DNA of 64,000 bases from Escherichia phage vB_EcoM_TH18: sequence record ON075799, one strand, 5' to 3'. Positions 16,374-25,860 of this stretch are shown here, in pieces. The position numbers were made by a program, and so were the translations under genes. How positions within the stretch are numbered: the stretch's first letter is position 1; each line of letters opens with the position of its first letter. The notes under the pieces were generated by a model. It had not been told where the DNA came from and did not search any database. It saw nothing but the letters and a program-made list of their open reading frames with translations.

Positions 16374-16748
16374 ATGATGAAACGTACCATGACAGACAAA
16401 GAGCGCGAAATTGCCCTCCAGTTAGCAAGAGAAAAAAGAGAGCAACAAAAGCGAGAATGGGCTGCGCTGGCAGAAGCGGGAAAAATACGCCAACATTTCG
16501 CTGACGCTAATCACTGGGCAAGGCTCCGTAGTCAATACGGGATTACATCTCCGTACAAATTAGCTCCGGCAGAAAGTGATCATGGCATGAAAATTCTTAG
16601 ACGAACGATCAGACTGACCGGAGGATTCGAGTGGTTCAATGAGTCTTTCGGTATGGACATCAAGCAGTTTGTCAGAATGAACCCTACGTGGTCTGCATAC
16701 GCTATTCAGGGGGTAATCCTTGAAGAGTGGGATGATTATCAGAATTGA
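16374..16748 (+). CDS. hypothetical protein (124 aa)
   Basis: ORF from six-frame track with ggaga RBS. Confidence 0.55.
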   Translation: MMKRTMTDKEREIALQLAREKREQQKREWAALAEAGKIRQHFADANHWARLRSQYGITSPYKLAPAESDHGMKILRRTIRLTGGFEWFNESFGMDIKQFVRMNPTWSAYAIQGVILEEWDDYQN

Positions 16749-16841
16749 TTTTTGTTGTGTTTCTGGTAATCAACTGGTATGTTTATTACAGGGAGTGATA
16801 ACCACTCCCGTGTTACTTGTTTTATACAGGAGTATTAATAT

Positions 16842-17465
16842 ATGTCTTGGCCTTTTTTGATTTATCTTATTGATGTTCTTAGCACAGACGGGAAGTATGA
16901 AGGTTGGGGATTCTTGTTGTTTCTGTGTGTTATTGTATACATGCTGATGCGTATTCTTCCAAAGATCCTCGAAGAACCTAAGCTGGATATCTATCCAGGA
17001 CAAAACCTTGTTTTAGCACAAGACTGGTCACGATTTAAAGCCGGAGATGTTCTTGTTGTGAAGGATACTGCGGGTGGTGATGTTCTTCTTCGCCACGGGG
17101 AGGAATCACTTGGTTCTTGGGTGAGTAAGAGCATTTTACGAAAAGTGTGTAAACTTGATGAAAAACAAGGATATATCCCACAGCAAGATGCGATGGAAAC
17201 ACCGCGAAAGTTAACTGTGATTGCTATGGTTGTCTGTGTGATGGGTATTCTATACGCCAACTTCATGCCGCAGAAAGAGACTTCTTACAAGATGCTTGCT
17301 GCGTATGTTGGTCAAAACATTGTAGAATCTCCAAGGACTCAACAACTTGCGGATAGCACAATCAAGTATCTGGATGCCCAAATCAAGAAGTACACTCAAG
17401 AATTAGGTGATACTTCAGGAGTGGCGAGTAAGGATTCTAAGCCTGGTGAGAAGGTGAAAGAGTGA
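16842..17465 (+). CDS. hypothetical membrane protein (207 aa, 2-3 predicted TM segments)
   Basis: Hydrophobic stretches FLLFLCVIVYMLM and LTVIAMVVCVMGILYANF; aggag RBS. Confidence 0.55.
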   Translation: MSWPFLIYLIDVLSTDGKYEGWGFLLFLCVIVYMLMRILPKILEEPKLDIYPGQNLVLAQDWSRFKAGDVLVVKDTAGGDVLLRHGEESLGSWVSKSILRKVCKLDEKQGYIPQQDAMETPRKLTVIAMVVCVMGILYANFMPQKETSYKMLAAYVGQNIVESPRTQQLADSTIKYLDAQIKKYTQELGDTSGVASKDSKPGEKVKE

Positions 17466-17827
17466 TGGGAAAGTCATTTGAAACAAAACGAATAGCGTTG
17501 GACTTTGATGATACTTTCACGCTAGAGCCTGAGAGATGGTCACAATTTGTTGCTCTATTTGCAGCAAAGGATTCAGGTTGGTGTGTTAAATTTGTTACTT
17601 ATCGCTTCGATTCAGATGATAACTCTGATATCCAGTTTTGGGCTGAAAAACTAGGTATCGGAATAATTTATTGCAATGGTGTCCAGAAAGCACAAGTTTG
17701 TGCGGAACTTGGCTGGATCCCAGATGTGTGGATAGACGATTTTCCTGTTCTCATCCCTGTGAAACAACAACTACAGGGTATGCTTTTAGGGATAGAAAAT
17801 AACGAAGAAAAACATAATGTTAAGTAG
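17462..17827 (+). CDS. hypothetical protein (121 aa)
   Basis: ORF from six-frame track; start overlaps upstream stop (translational coupling). Confidence 0.5.
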   Translation: MMGKSFETKRIALDFDDTFTLEPERWSQFVALFAAKDSGWCVKFVTYRFDSDDNSDIQFWAEKLGIGIIYCNGVQKAQVCAELGWIPDVWIDDFPVLIPVKQQLQGMLLGIENNEEKHNVK

Positions 17828-18064
17828 TTTAAGGGGGAGTGTTGAGAAGCATTGCGTATTACAAATTCAAATGTTGGGAGAAACTCTATGATTTGAGCTA
17901 CCTTATTTTTGGGAATCTCCCTGTCACTGAAGACATTAAACACAAAATGTATCTTTCATACATGAAATACCGTCTCCACGAAAGAAAGAGTGGTTGATGA
18001 GAATGTTATAATGCCCTGTAGAGAGTGTCTACAGGGCTTTAATGCTTAATCACAGGACTTACCA

Positions 18065-18895
18065 ATGACAAGTATTTTACACACGACAGGTATTTTACCA
18101 CACTATCAGAAGGAATATTCTTTCCCTGATTTATCTGGGGATATGTTGCAAATATACGACAAAGTGCAAGGCGAAGTGTCGGAGCTACAATTTAGTTCAG
18201 ACCCTGATGATGAGCAAGAGTTTGATAAACAGATTTGTCGTGTAGAAAACGAGCTTATAGAGCTACAATCATTAGCCAAATCAACAGATATCGAAGACTT
18301 AAGGCGACACGTTGAGAATCTTGAAAATTTAGTGTTCGGGCTTTCGCAAGCTATTATAAACATTGGTGAAATTGCTAAAATTGCCTCTGACAAGTTGCCA
18401 GACAACACAGAAGATATTGAAGAAGCGTTGCAGAATATCTGCTATGAAGGAAGTTCTGCTCTCGGTTGTGAATGTAATCTAGGAAATGCTCTTGAAGAGC
18501 GTGGGTGGAACCTGTTCCAAAAAACTTTTGTTTATCGTGTTATTGGTGGTGAGTTTCCTCGGCTCATACAACTTAATGCCCTTTTTGGAAACAGCCAGGG
18601 TGATAATATTGCATTAGGTATTGATGGCTGGTTCTGTTTAAGAGGTAAAGAATTAGCATTTTGTTGTGGCGATGATGTGTTAATTCTCAATGCTTATAAA
18701 CCAGGTGTTGAAATAACAACAAAATTAAATGGTAAGTCCACTAAATTTCACACCAGAGAGTTGGAAGATATTTTCATGGACATATTTGATCCTACAGAAG
18801 ACGAAATTCTTATGTATGAAATGACCAGTGGAAAAAGATATGATATTTTGTCGTGGAGAAATATTTTTGGCAAGAAGAGAAAGCCTGTAGCGTGA
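18065..18895 (+). CDS. hypothetical acidic protein (276 aa)
   Basis: Long ORF from six-frame track on the plus strand. Confidence 0.55.
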   Translation: MTSILHTTGILPHYQKEYSFPDLSGDMLQIYDKVQGEVSELQFSSDPDDEQEFDKQICRVENELIELQSLAKSTDIEDLRRHVENLENLVFGLSQAIINIGEIAKIASDKLPDNTEDIEEALQNICYEGSSALGCECNLGNALEERGWNLFQKTFVYRVIGGEFPRLIQLNALFGNSQGDNIALGIDGWFCLRGKELAFCCGDDVLILNAYKPGVEITTKLNGKSTKFHTRELEDIFMDIFDPTEDEILMYEMTSGKRYDILSWRNIFGKKRKPVA

Positions 18896-19158
18896 TATTT
18901 TATCACTGATATTTGTTTTCCCTGTGATATTTTTGTCACAGGGAAAGTTTCAATAGTGGATATTTTCTTGATACTTTAAATTCCTACCAGAAATTTAAAT
19001 TCTGTAAATTTAGAAAACTATTACTTATAGGCGTTTCGACACAATTTTGTTATGAAAGCCTTGTTTTTATATAAAAACCTGTTTTAGCATGGGTGGTAGG
19101 ATCACACTCCATACTACCTTTATTCCTACAGATGAGCATCTCCATGTTCGAAAACTCG

Positions 19159-19370
19159 GTTCTCGATCGAAAATTCATTTTCCAGATCGTATTTGCTCCT
19201 TACGGAGAAAATTTTTTAGGGCTACAAGTTTCAGTTCTCGATCGGTTTTTCGATTTCAAAATCGTATTTGTTTTTTCTTGCGAAATTTTTCGCACGCTCA
19301 GTTCTCGATCGAGTTTTCAAAATCGAAATCGTATTTGCTCTATAGTGCGAAAAAATTTTTATGGGTATCA
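19159..19370. repeat. three tandem ~67-75 bp repeats with internal dyads
   Basis: Units begin gttctcgatcg at ~19159, 19234, 19301 and share ...atcgtatttg...gcgaaa; internal palindrome tgcgaaatttttcgca. Confidence 0.75.
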
Positions 19371-19742
19371 TAATTCTATCACACACTTAAACGCAAAGCA
19401 ACATAAAAATTTTTGTTGAATGATAATCATTCTCATTTGCAGAATGACAGGTAGGATCAGTGTCTTATCCTCCCCCGTTGACCATCGTCGCCGTAGTTTG
19501 AAGTTTATAGCCGTTCTCGGCTTATCTCTTTGTTAGAGATAGATTACCATAATTGATAAAGAAAGCAAGCGTTAATTGTAATCTTTACGTTTCTTTACAA
19601 ATTTATTTTAGACAAACTACCGGCGATCGACCTTCCAACCAGCGCCCTGGTATGTTAGCCCCGCCTTTACGCCGTGGGGATGGCGTTGCCTCTTCTGTAT
19701 GTTAGGCATTATAAGCCCAATCCCTGGGCTTGTCAAACATTT

Positions 19743-20006
19743 TTATTTATTTTCTTGCCAGGTTAGGACACCTAACCAGAAATGGCAATCACCTTTCGCC
19801 CATTGTGGTATATTGCTTTCTTTCCCACCTTCCCGCGCCCAGGAATAACCGCCCGTGTAACTTTGTAATTGATAACTATCCTCGACCTTATAATCTGACA
19901 GGTTGAGAACTGTTTCTACCTTTAAGCCTGTTGCGCTCGCTACCTGGTGGATAGTTCCCCCTTGCCAGCCTAACGCGTGCATAAGGTGCATTGTGGTAGT
20001 GGTCAT
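19743..20006 (-). CDS. hypothetical protein (87 aa)
   Basis: ORF from six-frame track with gagga RBS upstream on the minus strand; isolated between plus-strand blocks. Confidence 0.45.
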   Translation of the reverse strand: MTTTTMHLMHALGWQGGTIHQVASATGLKVETVLNLSDYKVEDSYQLQSYTGGYSWAREGGKESNIPQWAKGDCHFWLGVLTWQENK

Positions 20007-20102
20007 TTTTTCTATTCCTCTGTTAGTTGGTTGTCAGAATTGTATCTATAACCAACCAGGTTAGCAAGATAAATAAAAGAGAAAAATTTTTTAAAAATAC
20101 TA

Positions 20103-20131
20103 TTGACAGCTAGATAGTATAGGTCTACTAT
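20103..20131 (+). promoter_or_regulatory. sigma70-like promoter (TTGACA, 17-nt spacer, TACTAT)
   Basis: Consensus -35 and near-consensus -10 about 55 nt upstream of the ATG at 20186. Confidence 0.55.
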
Positions 20132-20185
20132 GTGCACATCAAGGCGATACACCGCCACCAACCAACCTAAAAGGGGTAAATCAAT

Positions 20186-20809
20186 ATGAAAACCATTGTT
20201 AACGCTGAGAATGTATCTTTCGATAAGTTGAACGACGCACAAAAAGAAAAAGCCATTGATCTTATTCGTGAGCGTGAAAGAGAAAGCGCCGATAATTTCT
20301 TTGCGGATAGTGTCATTGAAGACTATAAGAATGACATTTTACCAGAGTACGGGATCGATGACGCGGTTATCTATTGGTCAGGATTCTGGTCGCAAGGCGA
20401 CGGCGCATCTATCAGCACTGATCGCGTGGATATTGAAAAATTTTTAAGAAAAGTTAAATCTTTAACAAAATTTAGAGGTATCCGCAAACTATTTGATCTT
20501 GGTGAATATAGTCAGTTATACGCAAGCATTGAGCGGGATAATTACAGCCGCTACCATCATGAAAATACTGTTTCCGGTTACGTTGAAACTATGTATTGTG
20601 GTGATTTAACGGCAAAACAGGAAGATCTAGCCAATCAGCTTGAAAACTTGTTAACTGAAACGATCCGCGATCTGTCTTGTAAACTTTACAGAGATTTAGA
20701 ATCAGCCTATGATGACCAGTTTACAGATGAAGCCATCACCGAATCAATTGAAGCCAATGATTATCGTTTTGATATTGATGAAGATGGAGAAGTTTACGCT
20801 ATCGCTTAA
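20186..20809 (+). CDS. hypothetical acidic protein (207 aa)
   Basis: ORF with RBS aaaggggtaaatcaat-ATG and own promoter. Confidence 0.6.
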   Translation: MKTIVNAENVSFDKLNDAQKEKAIDLIRERERESADNFFADSVIEDYKNDILPEYGIDDAVIYWSGFWSQGDGASISTDRVDIEKFLRKVKSLTKFRGIRKLFDLGEYSQLYASIERDNYSRYHHENTVSGYVETMYCGDLTAKQEDLANQLENLLTETIRDLSCKLYRDLESAYDDQFTDEAITESIEANDYRFDIDEDGEVYAIA

Positions 20810-20896
20810 AAGTACTTGCATTCAGTTTTAAAATAGTATTATACTACTAAAACAGGACGGGGAACTGCTCCCCGTCACATTCAGGAGATCATCAAA

Positions 20897-21109
20897 ATGG
20901 CTAATATTCGCACCTTGTTAAAAAATGCAAAGCAAGTTTTATTTTCCGATCACGATTATTTCAATAAAGACATTACAGGCGTAAAGAATATCAAAGACGT
21001 AAAAAATGTCATGGGTATCTATTGCAATATGAAGCGAGTAGGCACATTTGGCAATAAAGTATTATATCAGGCAGGTGACTATAATTTTACTTTGACAATT
21101 ATTTCATAA
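20897..21109 (+). CDS. hypothetical protein (70 aa)
   Basis: ORF with RBS caggaga; GC hairpin in 5' UTR. Confidence 0.5.
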   Translation: MANIRTLLKNAKQVLFSDHDYFNKDITGVKNIKDVKNVMGIYCNMKRVGTFGNKVLYQAGDYNFTLTIIS

Positions 21110-21174
21110 AACCACTTGCAAAGTTATATAGCTCTGTTATACTACCAACATTGACAAACGAGAGGTAAATAAAA

Positions 21175-21531
21175 ATGGCAATCCAGGCAATCATGTTAGA
21201 ACTTACAGATTTCCGTAATACTGTAAAAAATTTATCTAAGAAACAGGTTGACAATATCATCAACGGATACCGTAGCAAGATTAAAGATCTTCCGCTTAAA
21301 CGCGATCAACATGCGGCTAATATGATGTTTAATGCTATGATTAAAAAGATGATCCAATGTGATCTTTCTCTGGCTTATGAATACGCTGGCGATCTCTTTG
21401 CAACGTATAACAAGCCCGTGCTAGGTATGAGCACCACGGAAGAATTACACGCCTTAAATCTGCGGCAAGATGCTTGGGATAATATGCACCGCGTTATGGT
21501 GTGGGTAGAAAGCGGTAAAATTTATCAATAA
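21175..21531 (+). CDS. hypothetical protein (118 aa)
   Basis: ORF with RBS gagaggtaaat. Confidence 0.55.
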   Translation: MAIQAIMLELTDFRNTVKNLSKKQVDNIINGYRSKIKDLPLKRDQHAANMMFNAMIKKMIQCDLSLAYEYAGDLFATYNKPVLGMSTTEELHALNLRQDAWDNMHRVMVWVESGKIYQ

Positions 21532-21586
21532 AAGTAGTTGACTTTTAGTTATGCCGTGATAGAATACACGGCATAGATAAGAGAAA
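21531..21586 (+). promoter_or_regulatory. promoter with dyad operator-like element, copy 1 of a 56-nt direct repeat
   Basis: TTGACT-17-TAGAAT with inverted repeat atgccgtg...cacggcat bracketing the -10; near-identical copy at 25765-25820. Confidence 0.6.
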
Positions 21587-21607
21587 CTACTTATCAGAGT
21601 TTAAAAG

Positions 21608-21826
21608 ATGAAAAATATTACGGGTAAAACCGAACTATTAAAGGCGCTTTCTGTTGGTGAGTCAGCTTTATGGGTATGTGAAAAAGATCGCCTACCATCG
21701 CGAGAGATGGCCTTATTTAAGGCTTTATCTCTGAAGCTGAAAATTAAATTATCCCAAAAATTAGCGGTTGTTGCCGCACCGAGGGAAACCGCTTTCAGTG
21801 TTGTAATGGTTAAACGGTTGGAGTAG
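21608..21826 (+). CDS. hypothetical protein (72 aa)
   Basis: ORF downstream of the repeat promoter; RBS weak. Confidence 0.45.
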   Translation: MKNITGKTELLKALSVGESALWVCEKDRLPSREMALFKALSLKLKIKLSQKLAVVAAPRETAFSVVMVKRLE

Positions 21827-21912
21827 AAAAAAATTAAAAATTATCTTGACAAGCAAAACAGCAAAAATTAAACTTACACACAGTTAAACAAACAATATTG
21901 ACGAGGTAAATC

Positions 21913-22284
21913 ATGAAACAGTTAACCGCTTCCCAAAAAACAATGATCCGTGAGTATGTTTTAAATTCTCTTTCTTTTGATCTTGAATCTGATCTCAAAC
22001 AAGATCAGATTCAAGAATTAAAAAACCGCTTTGAATCTGAATACTGGTACGATAGCAACAAGAAACGCTATCAAAATGATAAAGTACAAGGCCTTAAAAA
22101 CTGGCTACAAGGCTTGCCAAGCGGTGTTGATATTGATTTCACTTATTACGATATTGAGCAACGCCTTAAGGATTTTGGAATCATCACCGACACGACCAGA
22201 GAAAGCACCATTGAAAAATATGTTTCTGAGTGGTGGGATCTAGTAGCGCCGTTTTATGTGGGTCTGATCGTAAACTTAAAATAA
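21913..22284 (+). CDS. hypothetical protein (123 aa)
   Basis: ORF with RBS gaggtaaatc and upstream TTGACA-17-TAAACT. Confidence 0.55.
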   Translation: MKQLTASQKTMIREYVLNSLSFDLESDLKQDQIQELKNRFESEYWYDSNKKRYQNDKVQGLKNWLQGLPSGVDIDFTYYDIEQRLKDFGIITDTTRESTIEKYVSEWWDLVAPFYVGLIVNLK

Positions 22285-22361
22285 TTCTTGAAAACTGTTT
22301 TAAATTGGCTTAAATTAAAGGGGTGAATTTAATCACCCCCAACATGAAAGAGGTTAATCAA

Positions 22362-22673
22362 ATGAATACTTATTTTTCTACTCGTTCACTTGCACGCATT
22401 GCAGCGAAAGAAACAGGCGGTAAAGTTTTAGACAATGGCAAAGATTCACCGATCGGTAAACGTTGGCAGGTTATCCCCGGTTATGTTGTCGAAGCCTCCC
22501 AGGATACAGCAAAACAACGCGCGGAGATGGAAAATAAACCAGTAGTTACCTTATCCATCGGCAAGCGTAGCAATGTAGCGAATAAAGCCCGTAAGGCGCT
22601 TTATTACGCCATCAATTACGCAAGAAATAATAAAACTGTACCAGTTTATCATAAGCGTTCATTTAAGAAATAA
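22362..22673 (+). CDS. hypothetical basic protein (103 aa)
   Basis: Start refined to MNTYF (RBS agaggttaatcaa); ORF-track start is a GTG inside the 5' UTR hairpin. Confidence 0.5.
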   Translation: MNTYFSTRSLARIAAKETGGKVLDNGKDSPIGKRWQVIPGYVVEASQDTAKQRAEMENKPVVTLSIGKRSNVANKARKALYYAINYARNNKTVPVYHKRSFKK

Positions 22674-22743
22674 TTTTTAATTAGATAAAAAAGCGCCCTA
22701 GGAAATGGGCGCTAAACAAAAACACTTAAAGAGGTAAATTATT

Positions 22744-23094
22744 ATGACTAATATTGCAGAAGCTTTTCAAAAAGCTATCGAAAATAAAAACGCTGAGTTG
22801 TCTTTAACTTCTCTGGATTTTACGGATGTGTACGGTAACACTTATTTTGTTTATGAGCTTGCTTTTACTTGTCCTGAGTTAAAAACATGGGAAACGTTGC
22901 ATAAATCTCGCGAGCTGCAATATGGTTATGGCGATCATGTTCTTCATGTTGCAATGAAAGACCTTTCAACTATCGCCGAGGTAAAATCTGAGGCCGCATA
23001 TATTACCCGTTGGGCGCATGACAACGGCTTAAAAATTAGTGTCAACAAGCGCACCAATTGCCGGAAAAAAGATTTAAAACAGTTTATCGCTTGA
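22744..23094 (+). CDS. hypothetical protein (116 aa)
   Basis: ORF with RBS agaggtaaatt; GC hairpin in 5' UTR. Confidence 0.55.
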   Translation: MTNIAEAFQKAIENKNAELSLTSLDFTDVYGNTYFVYELAFTCPELKTWETLHKSRELQYGYGDHVLHVAMKDLSTIAEVKSEAAYITRWAHDNGLKISVNKRTNCRKKDLKQFIA

Positions 23095-23119
23095 TCCTGT
23101 TAATCATCTTGGTGGTTGT

Positions 23120-23470
23120 ATGATTCAGTTTTATATAATCATCGCGGCGCTTGCAATTTACTTAGGATTGCACAAAAAAGTATTCAGGTTAATTCTCTGG
23201 TTTTATTACGAGTACAGGATCAGAATGGTTTTCCATTATATTGAATACTCTTTCCACGGTGAGAGATACCACACAAGGAGATCCGGCCCATTAAATGATC
23301 TTGAGGGAAACGGTTTAATCTGTGAGGTTAAAAAGCGTGGCGGGAAAATTCTTTACCACAAAGAGGGCACTTTTGATTATATTGATGAGGTGATTAATTT
23401 TAGGCAACAAGCCGTAAAAGATCACGCAAGCAAAATAATCAACGGCAGCTATAAACGCAAAGCGGGGTAA
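23120..23470 (+). CDS. hypothetical protein with N-terminal TM helix (116 aa)
   Basis: N-terminus MIQFYIIIAALAIYLGL hydrophobic. Confidence 0.5.
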   Translation: MIQFYIIIAALAIYLGLHKKVFRLILWFYYEYRIRMVFHYIEYSFHGERYHTRRSGPLNDLEGNGLICEVKKRGGKILYHKEGTFDYIDEVINFRQQAVKDHASKIINGSYKRKAG

Positions 23471-23471
23471 T

Positions 23472-23654
23472 ATGCGGAATTTTGAAAAAATTGTTAAAGC
23501 TAATCGCCTGGAATACGGGGAAACAGACGAAAAACGGGAACGGGTAGGCAAACGCCACAAGCCTAAAAAGGTTCCTAAATTGTGGTGCCCTGATAAATAC
23601 GACCACAAATTAAAACAACGCATCGCTGAAAAACAGCGATTAAATGCAAGATAA
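23472..23654 (+). CDS. hypothetical basic protein (60 aa)
   Basis: ORF immediately followed by a rho-independent terminator. Confidence 0.45.
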   Translation: MRNFEKIVKANRLEYGETDEKRERVGKRHKPKKVPKLWCPDKYDHKLKQRIAEKQRLNAR

Positions 23655-23660
23655 CAGACA

Positions 23661-23686
23661 AGGCCGGAACTATCCGGCCTTTTTAG
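23661..23686 (+). terminator. rho-independent terminator
   Basis: aggccgga-actat-ccggcct followed by TTTT. Confidence 0.7.
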
Positions 23687-23873
23687 CACCTAGTAGCGCC
23701 TGTAACGATTAAAAAGGCCAACGGTGGCATGATGCACCACAAAATAAAATAGCTCGTTAGAGAGTGTTTTAGAGGCCTTAAAATCGATCCGAAAAATATC
23801 TATAAAAATGCTTGCAATGCTTTCCCGCTATCGTTATAGTGTTCCCAACAAGCAAGCAAACGAGGTAACGGCA

Positions 23874-24011
23874 ATGATTGAGATTCTTAAAAATCCTATT
23901 TTGTGTGGTATGGTTGTTTCTGTGTCACTTCCGATCGTGCTGTTAGTCGTTAGCGAAATAGATGATTTTATTTTCAATAAAAGACTTGCCAACAAGTCAA
24001 AAACAAATTAA
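23874..24011 (+). CDS. small membrane peptide (45 aa)
   Basis: Start refined to MIEIL with RBS gaggtaacggca; hydrophobic core LCGMVVSVSLPIVLLVV. Confidence 0.4.
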   Translation: MIEILKNPILCGMVVSVSLPIVLLVVSEIDDFIFNKRLANKSKTN

Positions 24012-24048
24012 TATAGTACCAACATACTAACTAGCGAGGTGATTTAAT

Positions 24049-24267
24049 ATGTTTGGTTTTATTGTTCTATCTTGTTCTCTTTCTGTTACTGCTGCAAAGG
24101 TAGAATGTAACTACACTGTAAAAGAGACTTTTAATGATGAAAAGTCTTGCAATGTATACGAAAATAATTATAAACTAGGAGACGGGGAGCAGTTCGGGAT
24201 CTGTGATGAATTAAAGGACGGTATCAAGAAAGGCGATAAGCGCCCGATCTTGGTCCTGAAAAAATAA
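24049..24267 (+). CDS. small secreted or lipo-protein (72 aa)
   Basis: N-terminal hydrophobic segment MFGFIVLSCSLSVTAA; RBS gaggtga. Confidence 0.5.
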   Translation: MFGFIVLSCSLSVTAAKVECNYTVKETFNDEKSCNVYENNYKLGDGEQFGICDELKDGIKKGDKRPILVLKK

Positions 24268-24308
24268 TTTTTCTAATCATGTTGATCAATTTTTAAGAGG
24301 TGAATAAA

Positions 24309-24596
24309 ATGTTTGAAGTTTTCGCGGGTATGTGTTTTTATACAGCTTTGGCAATTCGTCAGTGTGATGATTATATCGTTGAATCATACGATGATCAGCT
24401 GACTTGCGAAATAGTCGCTAATGACTACGGCAAAAAAGATCGCTGGATTAATCCGGCTTGCATACCATCCCCAGAGGTAGAAGCCATGCCGGAAGGGGAA
24501 GAGGTATCAGATCCAGTTGTGGCGGTATCCTCCTTTTTCGTTGACAACCTGGACGCCCAAGAATTGATCGACATGTATGTAAAAAATCAAAAATAA
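24309..24596 (+). CDS. hypothetical acidic protein (95 aa)
   Basis: Start refined to MFEVF (RBS aagagg 8 nt upstream); ORF-track GTG start lies in the RBS. Confidence 0.5.
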   Translation: MFEVFAGMCFYTALAIRQCDDYIVESYDDQLTCEIVANDYGKKDRWINPACIPSPEVEAMPEGEEVSDPVVAVSSFFVDNLDAQELIDMYVKNQK

Positions 24597-24602
24597 CGCT
24601 TG

Positions 24603-24640
24603 ACGTTGATTTGTGCCGCTTTATAATAGGCGGCATAGGC
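24603..24640 (+). promoter_or_regulatory. sigma70-like promoter (TTGACG-17-TATAAT) with dyad around the -10
   Basis: Inverted repeat tgccgc...gcggca flanks TATAAT; shares CGGCATA motif with other promoters of this block. Confidence 0.5.
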
Positions 24641-24686
24641 AAGCGAAAGCGGATATAAATCTTAAACAAGTTAAGAGAGGTAAATC

Positions 24687-25007
24687 ATGGAACAAGCGAA
24701 TAAATTTTTCTTTCTGGCTGGGATCGTGGATAATGTGAAATGTGATTTCAAGCGTGAAAATGATAAGACGTTACTCACTTTCTGCGATATGCTTGATCAT
24801 GAGAATGCCGACACGTTACGAATCGAGATCCGCACGATAACCAATATCGACAATTTAAGCCGTTTAATTTATAAATCTCATTCTATAGCCTACAACCTGG
24901 AAACATCAACAAGCTGCCTCCAACAAGGAGAGAGCTTGCCCATTCTAAATAGTGCCGATGTATTTGGCGCGGTTGTTGCAATTGTAAATGATGTTTTTTC
25001 TCGTTGA
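24687..25007 (+). CDS. hypothetical protein (106 aa)
   Basis: ORF with RBS agagaggtaaatc. Confidence 0.55.
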   Translation: MEQANKFFFLAGIVDNVKCDFKRENDKTLLTFCDMLDHENADTLRIEIRTITNIDNLSRLIYKSHSIAYNLETSTSCLQQGESLPILNSADVFGAVVAIVNDVFSR

Positions 25008-25223
25008 TTGGTGTTAATATTATGTTAGAGAATATTGTGTTCTTGTGTGGTGTCGTTCTTGCTGTTGTGGTTGGCCTCCTGGCGACGATGGCGAATATTG
25101 TGATCTCAAACAACCTGGCAGGGTAAAAATTTTTAAAAATAGTATTGACATACTTGCGGCATATGGTATTATTTACCACATGAAGGGGCAAGATTGACTT
25201 GCCTCACTAACGAAAGGTAAATA

Positions 25224-25493
25224 ATGATGAACATTTCTAAAACTACTTTTAACTTTGCTAAAAAGCGCGGTATTGAGCTTGAGCTGATCGAAGCGGATGA
25301 TCGCTTGGTCCTGGCTTTTTATGAGGCTAAAAATGAATGTGAATGGATGTTCTCTTATAATGTTAATCATGATTGCCTAACATGGCGCGGCAATATCTAT
25401 CTTTCAAACGAAGTAAAAGAGGAGTTACCCGCCACGATCACGACTGAGAAAAAACTACGTGAGGTTATTGATTTCATCTCTAAAAATATCTAA
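25224..25493 (+). CDS. hypothetical protein (89 aa)
   Basis: ORF with RBS aaaggtaaat and TTGACA-17-TATTAT promoter upstream. Confidence 0.55.
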   Translation: MMNISKTTFNFAKKRGIELELIEADDRLVLAFYEAKNECEWMFSYNVNHDCLTWRGNIYLSNEVKEELPATITTEKKLREVIDFISKNI

Positions 25494-25540
25494 GATTACA
25501 TGAAAAGGGGCGAAAGCCCCTACCGAAGAAGGTAATAAAA

Positions 25541-25765
25541 ATGGATAAAGTAACAAAGATTGAGCATGAGGTAATTGACTTGGCACGGGCCAACAAGCCA
25601 TTTGATAAGATTTATTCTAAGGAGAATAAAGAGATCTTGAAAGACCTAACGCAAGGTCAAAAAGATGGCTTGCGCCGCTTATATCGTGAGGCGTATGACT
25701 ATTTTCGTTGGTGGGAAATAGAAGAGGCTAACGCGAAAATAGAAGGCCTAGAAAATTTAGTATAA
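25541..25765 (+). CDS. hypothetical protein (74 aa)
   Basis: ORF with RBS gaaggtaat; GC hairpin ggggcgaaagcccc in 5' UTR. Confidence 0.5.
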   Translation: MDKVTKIEHEVIDLARANKPFDKIYSKENKEILKDLTQGQKDGLRRLYREAYDYFRWWEIEEANAKIEGLENLV

Positions 25766-25820
25766 AAGTAGTTGACTTTTAGTTATGCCGTGATAGAATG
25801 CACGGCATAGATAAGAGAGA
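25765..25820 (+). promoter_or_regulatory. promoter with dyad operator-like element, copy 2 of the 56-nt direct repeat
   Basis: Differs from the 21531-21586 copy by a single base (tagaatG vs tagaatA). Confidence 0.6.
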
Positions 25821-25860
25821 CGGCACAAGCCATTGATTAAACTTAAAGAGGTAAATTATT

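Noticed and set aside
19089-19419. Overlapping plus-strand ORFs 19089..19373 and 19093..19419
   Set aside because: Both are generated by the three tandem ~70-bp repeats; two overlapping frames over the same repeat units and no RBS make coding unlikely.
20186-20809. Antirestriction (ArdA-like) identity for the first small-gene-island protein
   Set aside because: Only a vague resemblance (acidic, WSQGDG segment); the characteristic ArdA motifs could not be found by eye.
25022-25129. 35-aa hydrophobic peptide ORF (MLENIVFLCGVVLAVVVGLLATMANIVISNNLAG)
   Set aside because: Plausible small membrane peptide directly after the preceding stop, but no convincing RBS and too short to support from sequence alone.
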